Of a stretch of 32,000 bases of DNA, positions 1 through 7,466 are shown in pieces (position 1 is the stretch's first letter; the number at the start of each line of letters is the position of its first letter). A program made the translations under genes and the position numbers. Below the pieces are notes generated by a model, which saw nothing but the letters and a program-made list of their open reading frames with translations, was not told the origin of the DNA and ran no database searches. This DNA comes from Candidatus Saccharimonadota bacterium (GTDB taxonomy: Archaea > Nanobdellota > Nanobdellia > Pacearchaeales > GW2011-AR1): assembly GCA_017609205.1 (NCBI GenBank), contig JAFCEL010000001.1, positions 420,001 through 452,000 of the forward strand. The letters are read 5' to 3'.

Positions 1-107
1 GAAATCTTAAAACTTGTCGGTCCAGAGGGTTTATCAATGTTTATGATACCGAATTCAAGGAGTTCTTCTGTTGATTTTTTTTGCTTAAGTTTTTCTATGT
101 TTATCAT
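1..107 (-). CDS. cbf5: Cbf5/TruB-family pseudouridine synthase, N-terminal fragment (gene runs off the window start)
   Basis: Absent from the ORF track because it is truncated. The reverse-strand ATG at 107-105 reads MINIEKLKQKKSTEELLEFGIINIDKPSGPTSFKIS. G-[IV]-IN-x-DKP-x-GPTS is the conserved N-terminal motif of the TruB/Cbf5 catalytic domain. Confidence 0.6.
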   Translation of the reverse strand, partial: MINIEKLKQKKSTEELLEFGIINIDKPSGPTSFKI

Positions 108-128
108 AGAATCTCTATTCTGCAAATG

Positions 129-138
129 TTTATAAATA
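129..138 (+). promoter_or_regulatory. Putative TATA box for glmS (leaderless-type spacing)
   Basis: TTTATAAATA is centred about 25 nt upstream of the glmS ATG (158). No Shine-Dalgarno-like purine tract lies between them. Confidence 0.4.
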
Positions 139-157
139 TTTTAATTTTCAGTTTCTA

Positions 158-1933
158 ATGTGTGGGATTATAGGATATTGGAATCAAGAAAAAGATGCAT
201 GTCCAATAATTATTGAGTCCTTAAAAAAATTGGAATACAGAGGGTATGATAGTTTTGGATTTGCAATTGTATTGAATAATAAATTATCTGTAGAAAGAAA
301 AACAGGAAAAGTAAGTTCTACAGAATATCAAAATTTTCCTGGAGTAATTGGTATTGGTCATACAAGATGGGCAACTCATGGAAAAATAACTGAGAATAAT
401 GCACATCCTCATAGAGATTGTTTTATGAAAATAGCAGTTGTTCATAATGGTATTATTGAAAATTATCAAGAAATAAAAAATCAATTATCTAAAAAAGGCC
501 ATAATTTCTTGAGTGAGACAGATACTGAAGTAATTCCTCATTTAATTGAAGAAAACATTAGAAATGGATTAGATTTTAAAGAGGCTGTAATGGATGTTTG
601 CCCTTTATTGCAGGGAAGAAATTCTTTTATTGCTTTGAGTTCTGATCAGGAGATGATTGCTTTTAGAAATGGGTCTCCTCTTATTTTAGGTGTGAAAAAA
701 AACAATAAAATTCCAGAAATTTTCATAGCATCAGATATCCAAGGATTCTTAGATGAAACAAGAGATGTAATCTACTTAGATGATAATCAAATAGCCATAA
801 TTAAAGAGAATTTGGAATTTTATGATATTAATACTAAAAAAAGAATTGAAAAAAGATTAATCAGACTGGATATTGATTTAAAAGAAGCTGAAAAAGGATC
901 TTATCCTCATTTTATGCTAAAAGAAATTATGGAGCAGAAAAAAGCTTTGAGGAGAGCAATAAACCAGGATGACAAAAATTTAATGCATCTCGCTAGAGAG
1001 ATTAATGAGGCTAAAGGAATTTTTTTTATTGGATGTGGGACTGCTGCAAAAGTATGTCATATTGCAGAATATATTTTTTCAAAAATTGCAAACAAACATG
1101 TAAATTTTGTTCAGGCATCTGAGTTTGAGAATTATAATCACTTTCTAATTCCAGAAACATTAGTAATTGCAATTTCTCAGAGTGGAGAAACTGCAGATGT
1201 TTTAGAATCTTTAGAAATTGCTAAAAAAAGAAAATCAAAAATAATCTCAATAACTAATACTAAGCAGTCTTCGCTTGATAAAATCTCTGATTATACTTTT
1301 TTTATAAATGCAGGAATAGAGAAAGCAGTAGCATCTACAAAAGCAACAACTTCTCAATTAATTGTTGTTCTTTTATTAGCTTATGCATGTGCTGGAAGGC
1401 TTGAAGAAGGAAAAAGAATTTTAATAGATTTAATTGGAAAAGTTAATGATATGTTAAATCCTCGTTATGAATTGCATATAAAAAAATTGGCAGAAAAAAT
1501 TTATCAGGAAGAAAATATTTTTATTATAGGACGGGGAATAAATTACCCTCTCTCTTTAGAATCTGCAATTAAAATTATGGAAGTGAGTTATATCCATGCT
1601 CAGGGTTTTGCAGGAGGAGAATTAAAACATGGGCCAATAGCTTTAATTAAAAAAGACTCTCCAGTTATAGTTCTCATGTCAAATGATGAATCAAAAAAAG
1701 AAATAATAAGTAATGCAATAGAAGTAAAATCCCGAGGAGCTTATGTGATTGGAGTTTCTCCTGAGAATAATCCTATTTTTGATTATTGGATTAAAACACC
1801 AAATGTAGAAGCAGAAACTTCACCCATTGTTAATTTAATTCCAATCCAGCTTTTAGCATATTATTTGGGAATTTTAAAAGGGTGTGATGTGGATTATCCT
1901 CGTTCTTTAGCTAAATCTGTGACTGTGAAATAA
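158..1933 (+). CDS. glmS: Glutamine--fructose-6-phosphate aminotransferase (isomerising)
   Basis: 591-aa ORF. It starts MCGIIGY (Ntn-amidotransferase Cys2 nucleophile). It has two SIS-domain blocks (GCGTA, SQSGETADV, GGELKHGPIALI). The C-terminus LAKSVTVK matches the canonical GlmS tail. Confidence 0.95.
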   Translation: MCGIIGYWNQEKDACPIIIESLKKLEYRGYDSFGFAIVLNNKLSVERKTGKVSSTEYQNFPGVIGIGHTRWATHGKITENNAHPHRDCFMKIAVVHNGIIENYQEIKNQLSKKGHNFLSETDTEVIPHLIEENIRNGLDFKEAVMDVCPLLQGRNSFIALSSDQEMIAFRNGSPLILGVKKNNKIPEIFIASDIQGFLDETRDVIYLDDNQIAIIKENLEFYDINTKKRIEKRLIRLDIDLKEAEKGSYPHFMLKEIMEQKKALRRAINQDDKNLMHLAREINEAKGIFFIGCGTAAKVCHIAEYIFSKIANKHVNFVQASEFENYNHFLIPETLVIAISQSGETADVLESLEIAKKRKSKIISITNTKQSSLDKISDYTFFINAGIEKAVASTKATTSQLIVVLLLAYACAGRLEEGKRILIDLIGKVNDMLNPRYELHIKKLAEKIYQEENIFIIGRGINYPLSLESAIKIMEVSYIHAQGFAGGELKHGPIALIKKDSPVIVLMSNDESKKEIISNAIEVKSRGAYVIGVSPENNPIFDYWIKTPNVEAETSPIVNLIPIQLLAYYLGILKGCDVDYPRSLAKSVTVK

Positions 1934-2647
1934 TTAAACTCTTCCTTTTAGATATTCTTTTCTTTTAGTTTCTTCAAATTTTTCAATAGCATATCTTAAT
2001 GTTGTTCGGGGAATTTTTTGATAGTTCTTTCTTAAAAAATCTTCTAAAATTTTTTCGTTTCTTTTTCCAACTTCTCTAAGCATCCAACCGACTGATTTAT
2101 GAATTAGGTCATGTTTATCATTTAACAAAATTTCAGAAATCCTGAGTGTAGGGTTAAATTTCTTTTTTTGAATAAATGAATAAGTTGAGACAATGGCTAT
2201 TCTTCTTTCCCAGAGATTCTTTGATTTTGCAAGTTTTTTTAGAATGGGGGATAAATGTAGGTTTTCATTTAAATGATCTCCGATAATTTTTGGGGCAGAC
2301 AAATCCACAAGGTCCCAGTTATTGATGTTTTTCTTTCTGGCGTTTTCTAAATAGAATTTGAATATGCTTTCTTTTTTTGTTTTGTCCCCTTTTTTGTATC
2401 TTTCTATTAGAATTAATAGTGAAACCATACGATGTTCATGGATTTTTGAATTCAATAATTTTTGAATGTTCTTTAAGCTAAGTCCATAATATTTTTTTGC
2501 TATTTTTCTTTGAACAGGAACTTTTATTCCAAGAAAAACATCTCCTTCACCATACTCTCCTTTTCTTGTTTTAAAGAATTTCTGAAGAATTTTTGCTTGC
2601 TTTTGGTTTGCAATAGCTTGGAGTTCTGAGATTAATTCGGGAAGCAT
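1934..2647 (-). CDS. DNA alkylation repair protein (AlkD/AlkC-like HEAT-repeat glycosylase family)
   Basis: 237 aa. Family-typical blocks are present: KFFKTxxGEYGEGDxFLGIxVP, NNWDLVD, LWERRIAI and HKSVGWMLREVGK. Confidence 0.85.
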   Translation of the reverse strand: MLPELISELQAIANQKQAKILQKFFKTRKGEYGEGDVFLGIKVPVQRKIAKKYYGLSLKNIQKLLNSKIHEHRMVSLLILIERYKKGDKTKKESIFKFYLENARKKNINNWDLVDLSAPKIIGDHLNENLHLSPILKKLAKSKNLWERRIAIVSTYSFIQKKKFNPTLRISEILLNDKHDLIHKSVGWMLREVGKRNEKILEDFLRKNYQKIPRTTLRYAIEKFEETKRKEYLKGRV

Positions 2648-2674
2648 AATTTATTTAGAATAATCTTTATAAAA

Positions 2675-3232
2675 TTATTTCGCTAGGGCTTTTCTTTGAG
2701 GTTGTGTTTTCTTTTTTTCTTTTCCGCGAGTGAGATGTTTCATCTCTTTTGCTTGGGATTTCTCAATTTTTTGAGTTTCTTCAGCGATAGACGCTTTTTT
2801 TTGGGATTCGTCTTTTTTAGCTTTTGTTTCCTCTTCTTTCTTTTTAGTCTCAGTAAGGGTCTTTTTCTTTTTTCCACTCTCCTCTGCTTTTTTTTCTTTT
2901 TTCTCTTCTCTCAATTTTTTAAATTTTAATTTGTCAGGAAAATCTACAAGCTCAACTTTAATGTTCTCTTTATTACGAATAGCTTTAACTTTAATTTTAT
3001 GAGGTGGTTTTTTAATTCCTCTAATCCATACAAATTCGTTTAAGTATTTGTCAATTTTGATCTTATTTAGGTCCTTATCATAAATTTTCATGTGTCTAAC
3101 TAAAAATTCTCTGATTGCTTTAATCGCTTTTGCAGCTCTCTTATATCGTGGAACTTTTCGCCATTCAACTCTGAGAGGGATGATGTATTCTCGTTCAGTC
3201 TGTTCTGTTTTAGTTTCTGGTTTTTTAGTCAT
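2675..3232 (-). CDS. rpl31e: 50S ribosomal protein eL31 with a roughly 85-aa Lys/Glu-rich C-terminal extension
   Basis: The N-terminal ~100 aa (REYIIPLRVEWRKVPRYKRAAKAIKAIREFLVRHMK...KVKAIRNKENIKVELVD) is a typical L31e domain. The rest is a KE-rich low-complexity tail ended by a genuine stop codon. Confidence 0.9.
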   Translation of the reverse strand: MTKKPETKTEQTEREYIIPLRVEWRKVPRYKRAAKAIKAIREFLVRHMKIYDKDLNKIKIDKYLNEFVWIRGIKKPPHKIKVKAIRNKENIKVELVDFPDKLKFKKLREEKKEKKAEESGKKKKTLTETKKKEEETKAKKDESQKKASIAEETQKIEKSQAKEMKHLTRGKEKKKTQPQRKALAK

Positions 3233-3238
3233 TTTTTC

Positions 3239-3511
3239 CTATAAAGGCTTCAGTCTTATTCCTTTTTTATTTAATTCTGATTTTAAAAATTCTGCGAATT
3301 GTGTTGCATCTTTGCCATCAATTTTTAGCACTTGTCCCTTTAAGGAATATCTTGCTGATGCATCTAACACTTCAGATTGAATTGTACAGCCATTTCCTCC
3401 TCTTCCATAGATATTGGTGTATGGGCTATTTGTTAGACTTAAGAATCTTGAAGAGATTATTCTTGCAATGTTTCCTTTTCCTGTTAGTTTGTATTCAATC
3501 ATTTTATCCAA
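3239..3511 (-). CDS. Hypothetical 90-aa protein embedded between rpl39e and rpl31e
   Basis: The ORF overlaps the rpl39e stop by 8 nt and ends 6 nt before the rpl31e start. Gly-rich motifs (TGKGNIARI, YGRGGNG) hint at nucleic-acid binding. I cannot assign a family. Confidence 0.6.
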   Translation of the reverse strand: MDKMIEYKLTGKGNIARIISSRFLSLTNSPYTNIYGRGGNGCTIQSEVLDASARYSLKGQVLKIDGKDATQFAEFLKSELNKKGIRLKPL

Positions 3512-3707
3512 AATGTGATTTCCTAATTTTTCTTGGTTTGATATGAAGTTTTGTCCTGCGCCATGAACGCCTATATCTTGTCATTGCTGAAGGATGCACT
3601 CTTTTTCCTTTTCCGAATCTCTTAAGCACAGCCCAAACTGGCGCCCACTTTGTTTGTCGGCCTTTTTTCGCGAGTTTTATTTTTTTATTTTGATCTTTGA
3701 TAGGCAT
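3504..3707 (-). CDS. rpl39e: 50S ribosomal protein eL39
   Basis: 67 aa and extremely basic. KKIKLAKKGRQTKWAPVWAVLKR...RRSWRRTKL matches the L39e pattern. It lies in the conserved S19e-L39e-L31e neighbourhood. Confidence 0.85.
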   Translation of the reverse strand: MPIKDQNKKIKLAKKGRQTKWAPVWAVLKRFGKGKRVHPSAMTRYRRSWRRTKLHIKPRKIRKSHFG

Positions 3708-3708
3708 T

Positions 3709-4146
3709 TTAACTCAATTTCTCTAAGAATTCTTTACCTCTTTGGGTTAAGACTCTTCCAGGTTTTTTATTTCGGATACCTCTAGCATGTTTTTGAATTT
3801 CAGTAAAACCTGCAGCATCTGCTTGCTGGAGAATTGTTCTTATTATTTTTCCTCCTGCTTTTCTGAATCGTTCAGGTTTCATTCCCCTATTTTTTTTGCT
3901 TCCGTATTTTGTTCTTAACCTGTTTACTCCTACAGAACCTCTTCTGTAAATCTGCCGTAGGATACTCGCAGCACGTTTATACCAAAAATTTTCGTCGTCA
4001 ATAGGTCTCTCTTTTGCAGAACCTGATTTGACAAAAGCAATCCAGTCTGGTGATTTAAATTCTGGAATTTTTTTTAAAGCCTCTGCTAATTTTAGATTAT
4101 ACTCTTGTGCATCTAGTTCATATATTTTGTTCTTTTCCATTAGCAT
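3709..4146 (-). CDS. rps19e: 30S ribosomal protein eS19
   Basis: 145 aa. PDWIAFVKSGSAKERPIDDENFWYKRAASILRQIYRRGSVGVNRLRTKYG...GGKIIRTILQQ is classic S19e. A GAGAGGA purine tract precedes the ATG. Confidence 0.92.
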   Translation of the reverse strand: MLMEKNKIYELDAQEYNLKLAEALKKIPEFKSPDWIAFVKSGSAKERPIDDENFWYKRAASILRQIYRRGSVGVNRLRTKYGSKKNRGMKPERFRKAGGKIIRTILQQADAAGFTEIQKHARGIRNKKPGRVLTQRGKEFLEKLS

Positions 4147-4233
4147 TCCTCTCGGAATTAGAACAACCGAAGTTGTTTAACTAAAAATATAGGAGAAAGA
4201 GGGTTTTTAAAATGTTTGGTTAATCTAAATCTT

Positions 4234-4482
4234 TTACTTCTTTATTTTTTTAATAACAATCACAAATCCAATAATTCTTGTTTTGAAATTGTCTCCTAAT
4301 CTTTCTCTAATCTTATCGGCATATTCTTTTACAATTTGCTTTCCTGCTTTTTTATCATTGCGTGCGGATTTTAAGACAGAAATCCTAACATTCTTTCTTT
4401 TTTTAAAATGATTTTTTAATGTAAGAATAAAATTTTCTGTAAGGCCGTTTTTTCCTAATTGTATAAAACCTATTTTCCCCAT
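4234..4482 (-). CDS. CRS1/YhbY-domain RNA-binding protein
   Basis: 82 aa. IQLGKNGLTENFILTLKNHFKKRKNVRISVLK matches the YhbY GKNGLTE signature. Its start overlaps the upstream NFACT-R gene by 13 nt. Confidence 0.8.
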   Translation of the reverse strand: MGKIGFIQLGKNGLTENFILTLKNHFKKRKNVRISVLKSARNDKKAGKQIVKEYADKIRERLGDNFKTRIIGFVIVIKKIKK

Positions 4483-4844
4483 TTTTTCAAAAACTCTTGT
4501 ATGTCCTCTTTTTTCACTTTAATTTTCTTTATTTTCTTAACTCCAAAAGTTCCTATTTTCATTTCACGTGTTTTGTATATATCTTCTCCTTTGAATCTGT
4601 GGACAATAACATCTTTTTTATTCTTCTTCCAATCTTTACTATATGCTGCACAAAAGATTGCGGCATCTTTTATATCTCCTTTTTTTGCTTTCCCTTTTAT
4701 ATTCACAAAAGGACTTCCAGGAGCATCAGTGTGGAAAACTTCTTCATTTTTTTCAACTTGTTTAATTAACTCCTCGTTGTTCTTAGCGCTTTTCCCTCCG
4801 AAGATTATTGTTCCTCTATCTGTTAGCATTTCGCGAAATCTCAT
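4470..4844 (-). CDS. Stand-alone NFACT-R (DUF814) domain protein
   Basis: 124 aa. IIFGGKSAKNNEELIKQ...EVFHTDAPGSPFVNIKG...AAIFCAAYSK resembles the DUF814/NFACT-R module of Rqc2/NEMF/FbpA-type proteins (FH-x-D-x-x-GS-x-V core). Confidence 0.7.
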   Translation of the reverse strand: MRFREMLTDRGTIIFGGKSAKNNEELIKQVEKNEEVFHTDAPGSPFVNIKGKAKKGDIKDAAIFCAAYSKDWKKNKKDVIVHRFKGEDIYKTREMKIGTFGVKKIKKIKVKKEDIQEFLKKWGK

Positions 4845-4915
4845 AGATTTAAAAAGAATAGTTCTATTTTAAAGTTATTGAAAAAATTTTTAAATAAAAA
4901 TTTTTTAAAGTGGGG

Positions 4916-5305
4916 ATGAATATCGATAAGTTAAAGGATGAATATGAATCTTCTGGAAGTTGGGGGCTTTTGTCTTCAGTAGATTTGCATTCTTGCGATC
5001 CCCTTCTCGTGAGAGATGAAGAGGAGATAAAGAGATTTGTAAGAGAGCTATGCAAGAAAATCAAGATGAAAAGATTTGGGGAGACTATTGTTGTAAATTT
5101 TGGAAAAGATAAACGTGTAGCTGGGTTTTCAATGATGCAATTAATTGAGACTTCATTAATATCTGCACATTTTGTTAATCAAACAAATTCAATTTTCCTT
5201 GATATATTCTCTTGTAAGTTTTATAATCCAAGGGAAGTTGCAGAATTTGCAAAAAAGTTTTTCAAAGCAAAAAGCTATAAATTAAATTACTTAATTCGGA
5301 AGTGA
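4916..5305 (+). CDS. Divergent AdoMetDC-fold (SpeD/SpeH-like) pyruvoyl-enzyme paralog, substrate uncertain
   Basis: The ORF track starts at GTG 4910; ATG 4916 is more likely. WGLLSSVDLHSCDP...FGKDKRVAGFSMMQLIETSLISAHF...DIFSCKFYNP shows AdoMetDC-fold topology. It has an ETS site in place of the canonical ESH and lacks the HTxPE motif. Confidence 0.65.
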   Translation: MNIDKLKDEYESSGSWGLLSSVDLHSCDPLLVRDEEEIKRFVRELCKKIKMKRFGETIVVNFGKDKRVAGFSMMQLIETSLISAHFVNQTNSIFLDIFSCKFYNPREVAEFAKKFFKAKSYKLNYLIRK

Positions 5306-5320
5306 TATTAATGGAAGAAG

Positions 5321-5686
5321 ATGATTCATCAATCTCAACCATTTGGGCAGGAAATCTCTTGTATTATGAAAAACATAGGAGGAAATTTCCTTTCAGATAA
5401 TCAAAAATTAAAACACCTTATTTTAGATTCTCTTAAAAAATTCAAGTTTGGGATTTTGGATGTTCAAGAAAAATGTTTTGAACCATATGGTTATACCTTA
5501 CTGGTTTTATTATCTGAATCACACCTCGCAATTCATACTTACCCTGAATATGGTTCTCTTTATTTTAATATGTATAGTTGCAGGGGTCCTAAGGATGCTG
5601 AGCCCACTTTTGAGATTCTAAAAAGAGAATTAAAACCAAAGAAGATTTTATTTTATAGGGAAGATGTCATTCCAGTAAAGGATTAA
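5321..5686 (+). CDS. speH: S-adenosylmethionine decarboxylase proenzyme (class 1, archaeal/bacterial type)
   Basis: 121 aa. FEPYGYTLLVLLSESHLAIHTYPEYGSLYFNMYSCRG carries the canonical Glu-Ser self-cleavage site and the HTxPE motif. Confidence 0.88.
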   Translation: MIHQSQPFGQEISCIMKNIGGNFLSDNQKLKHLILDSLKKFKFGILDVQEKCFEPYGYTLLVLLSESHLAIHTYPEYGSLYFNMYSCRGPKDAEPTFEILKRELKPKKILFYREDVIPVKD

Positions 5687-6180
5687 TTAGATGCTAACCA
5701 TGCATTTACAATTCTTAGGCAATCTTTTTGATTCTTCCATTTTAGTTTTTTAATGGCTTCAGAAAAATTTACCCATTTGTAATCTGAATGTTCTTTTTTA
5801 TCTAATCTGACTTTTCTTTTTTCAACTTTCACTGCATAGAGTTTGTAAGTTTGTCCTGCAATACCTTTTCTGTCTGGATATTCTTTGTCATATTTGTATT
5901 TCCCTTTTTTTTCAAATTTTTTTATATCTAAGATTTTTAGACCTGTTTCTTCTTTTATTTCTCGTCGCACAGTCATATTTTCTGTTTCATAAAATCTTTT
6001 TCCCCCTTTTGGGAATTCCCATCCTTTCCAGTGCAATTTTCTTTTTAAAATCAAATAAACTGGCTTTTTGTTTACAATTGAATAAACTGCAATAAACAGC
6101 GCTCTTCGGTATTTTTCTTTCATCTTAGAATATTTAGTAATCTGAGGTTTATTTCTTTCTAATTTTTTAGCACCATTCAT
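5683..6180 (-). CDS. Nudix hydrolase
   Basis: It has a complete Nudix box, GGKRFYETENMTVRREIKEETGL (GX5EX7REUXEEXGU). The annotated start overlaps the rbcL 3' end by 14 nt. An alternative start is Met20 (6123). Confidence 0.85.
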   Translation of the reverse strand: MNGAKKLERNKPQITKYSKMKEKYRRALFIAVYSIVNKKPVYLILKRKLHWKGWEFPKGGKRFYETENMTVRREIKEETGLKILDIKKFEKKGKYKYDKEYPDRKGIAGQTYKLYAVKVEKRKVRLDKKEHSDYKWVNFSEAIKKLKWKNQKDCLRIVNAWLASN

Positions 6181-7432
6181 TTAATGCTTCTTCAAGTTCG
6201 ACATGTGTCTTTGCGTATTTTTCTAAAGAGATTTTTCTCATGACTGCATCGACAGCTTGACGCATTGCAATTGCTCCTGCTTTTGTTCCAAATGGATGTC
6301 CATGTATTCCTCCTCCTGCCTGAATAATTAAGTCTTTTCCTAAATTTTTAATCAAAAAGGGAACATGACCTGGATGCAGACCTCCTGACGAAACAGGCAT
6401 AACTGGTTTGATATTCATCCAGTTCTGTTGCAATCTTTTTTTTGTTTTTTTAACTTTTAATTTAGATATTTCTTCTTTAATCTCGATTATATCTTTTATT
6501 TTTCCTTCTAGTTTTCCAATACCTGTTCCAATGTGGATTTGATCAACTCCGATTAATCTTGCAAAATCAGCGAGAACCATCATACTTATTCCGTGGTCTT
6601 TATTTCTGTCAAATGCAGCGTGCATTGCTCTGTGAGCATGAATTGCAAGTTTGAAATTAGCTTCACGTAAAGTCTGAACAGCAGCCCAACCTGAAGTGAT
6701 AATATCAATCATAATATACTTCCCTCCCATCTTCTCGACGAGTTGTGCGCGTTTTATCATTTCCTTTGTTTCTGCAGTAACGTTAATTAAGTAAGCTTTT
6801 CTTTCTCCTGTTTCTTGTTCTGCTTTATCTGCCATCTCTAGTGTTTTACTTAATCTTTTCTCAAAAGTATTGAATCTTTGAGAAGCCAGGTTTTCATCAT
6901 CTTTCACAATGTCACAGCCACCTGTCCAGGATTCATAGGCGGATTCTGCGTGATGCTTTGTATTCAGTCCTAATTTTGGTTTAATTATTGTCCCAACAAA
7001 GGGTCTTTCTTTAATTTTCATAATTCTTCTTACTCCTTTGATTCCATATTTGGGACCTTTGAATTGTTTTAGAATACTCTTCGGAAGATGAATATCTTCA
7101 AGCCTGATTGATTTAACTGCTTTCATCCCCATAATATTCCCTGCAATTGATGATAAAATATTAGGAACATTATCATACTCAAACAATTCCTGTGGATAAG
7201 CAATCTTAATTACCCCGCTTCTTTTAATAGAAAAAACCTTTGCTTTTAATTTCTCAACATAATCTAATTTACTGCCAGCGACTTTAGTCCACGTCCCTAC
7301 ACTGCTTTCAAGTGCAACTGTATTTGCAGCTTTTTCAATAGACATCCTGTTTGGGGTAATTCTAAATAAACAAATTAAATCATTCTTTGGTTTGTATTTA
7401 AGATCTATAAAATCTAATCTCTTTTTCACCAT
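6167..7432 (-). CDS. rbcL: Ribulose-1,5-bisphosphate carboxylase/oxygenase large subunit, form III-like
   Basis: 421 aa. All catalytic blocks are present: GTIIKPKLGL, DIVKDDENL (carbamyl-Lys plus metal ligands), HAHRAMHAA, IHIGTGIGKLEG, PVSSGG and QAGGGIHGHP. No small-subunit gene lies nearby. Confidence 0.93.
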   Translation of the reverse strand: MVKKRLDFIDLKYKPKNDLICLFRITPNRMSIEKAANTVALESSVGTWTKVAGSKLDYVEKLKAKVFSIKRSGVIKIAYPQELFEYDNVPNILSSIAGNIMGMKAVKSIRLEDIHLPKSILKQFKGPKYGIKGVRRIMKIKERPFVGTIIKPKLGLNTKHHAESAYESWTGGCDIVKDDENLASQRFNTFEKRLSKTLEMADKAEQETGERKAYLINVTAETKEMIKRAQLVEKMGGKYIMIDIITSGWAAVQTLREANFKLAIHAHRAMHAAFDRNKDHGISMMVLADFARLIGVDQIHIGTGIGKLEGKIKDIIEIKEEISKLKVKKTKKRLQQNWMNIKPVMPVSSGGLHPGHVPFLIKNLGKDLIIQAGGGIHGHPFGTKAGAIAMRQAVDAVMRKISLEKYAKTHVELEEALNEWC

Positions 7433-7466
7433 CTTTTCTTCTAGGAAGTAAATTTTCTTTATAAAA

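Noticed and set aside
2696-2929. Antisense or alternate-frame ORFs inside confident genes. Examples are 284-484, 2696-2929, 3090-3380, 3301-3546, 3594-3785, 4459-4872, 4497-4769, 8783-8965, 9609-9797, 11272-11454, 11732-11938, 18139-18351, 18976-19158, 19454-19729, 19784-20044, 20273-20509 and 20780-21091. Others are 21433-21849, 23418-23684, 23794-24141, 24614-24868, 24908-25204, 25465-25872, 27465-27659, 27532-27768, 29397-29663, 29827-30048 and 30198-30850.
   Set aside because: Each overlaps a gene with strong family motifs on the other strand or in another frame. Their translations are low-complexity, Phe/Ser/Leu/Ile-rich mirror images of Lys/Glu-rich coding sequence.
2675-2932. The AAG/GAA-rich stretches in the eL31, uS2 and RpoK genes considered as DNA tandem repeats or a CRISPR-like array.
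   Set aside because: There is no fixed repeat unit or spacer periodicity. They are in-frame low-complexity Lys/Glu coding sequence. No CRISPR array exists anywhere in the window.
4864-5064. A 66-aa minus-strand ORF spanning the divergent promoter and the 5' end of the AdoMetDC-like gene.
   Set aside because: It overlaps a better-supported plus-strand gene, has no recognisable motif, and has Ser/Leu-rich shadow-type composition.
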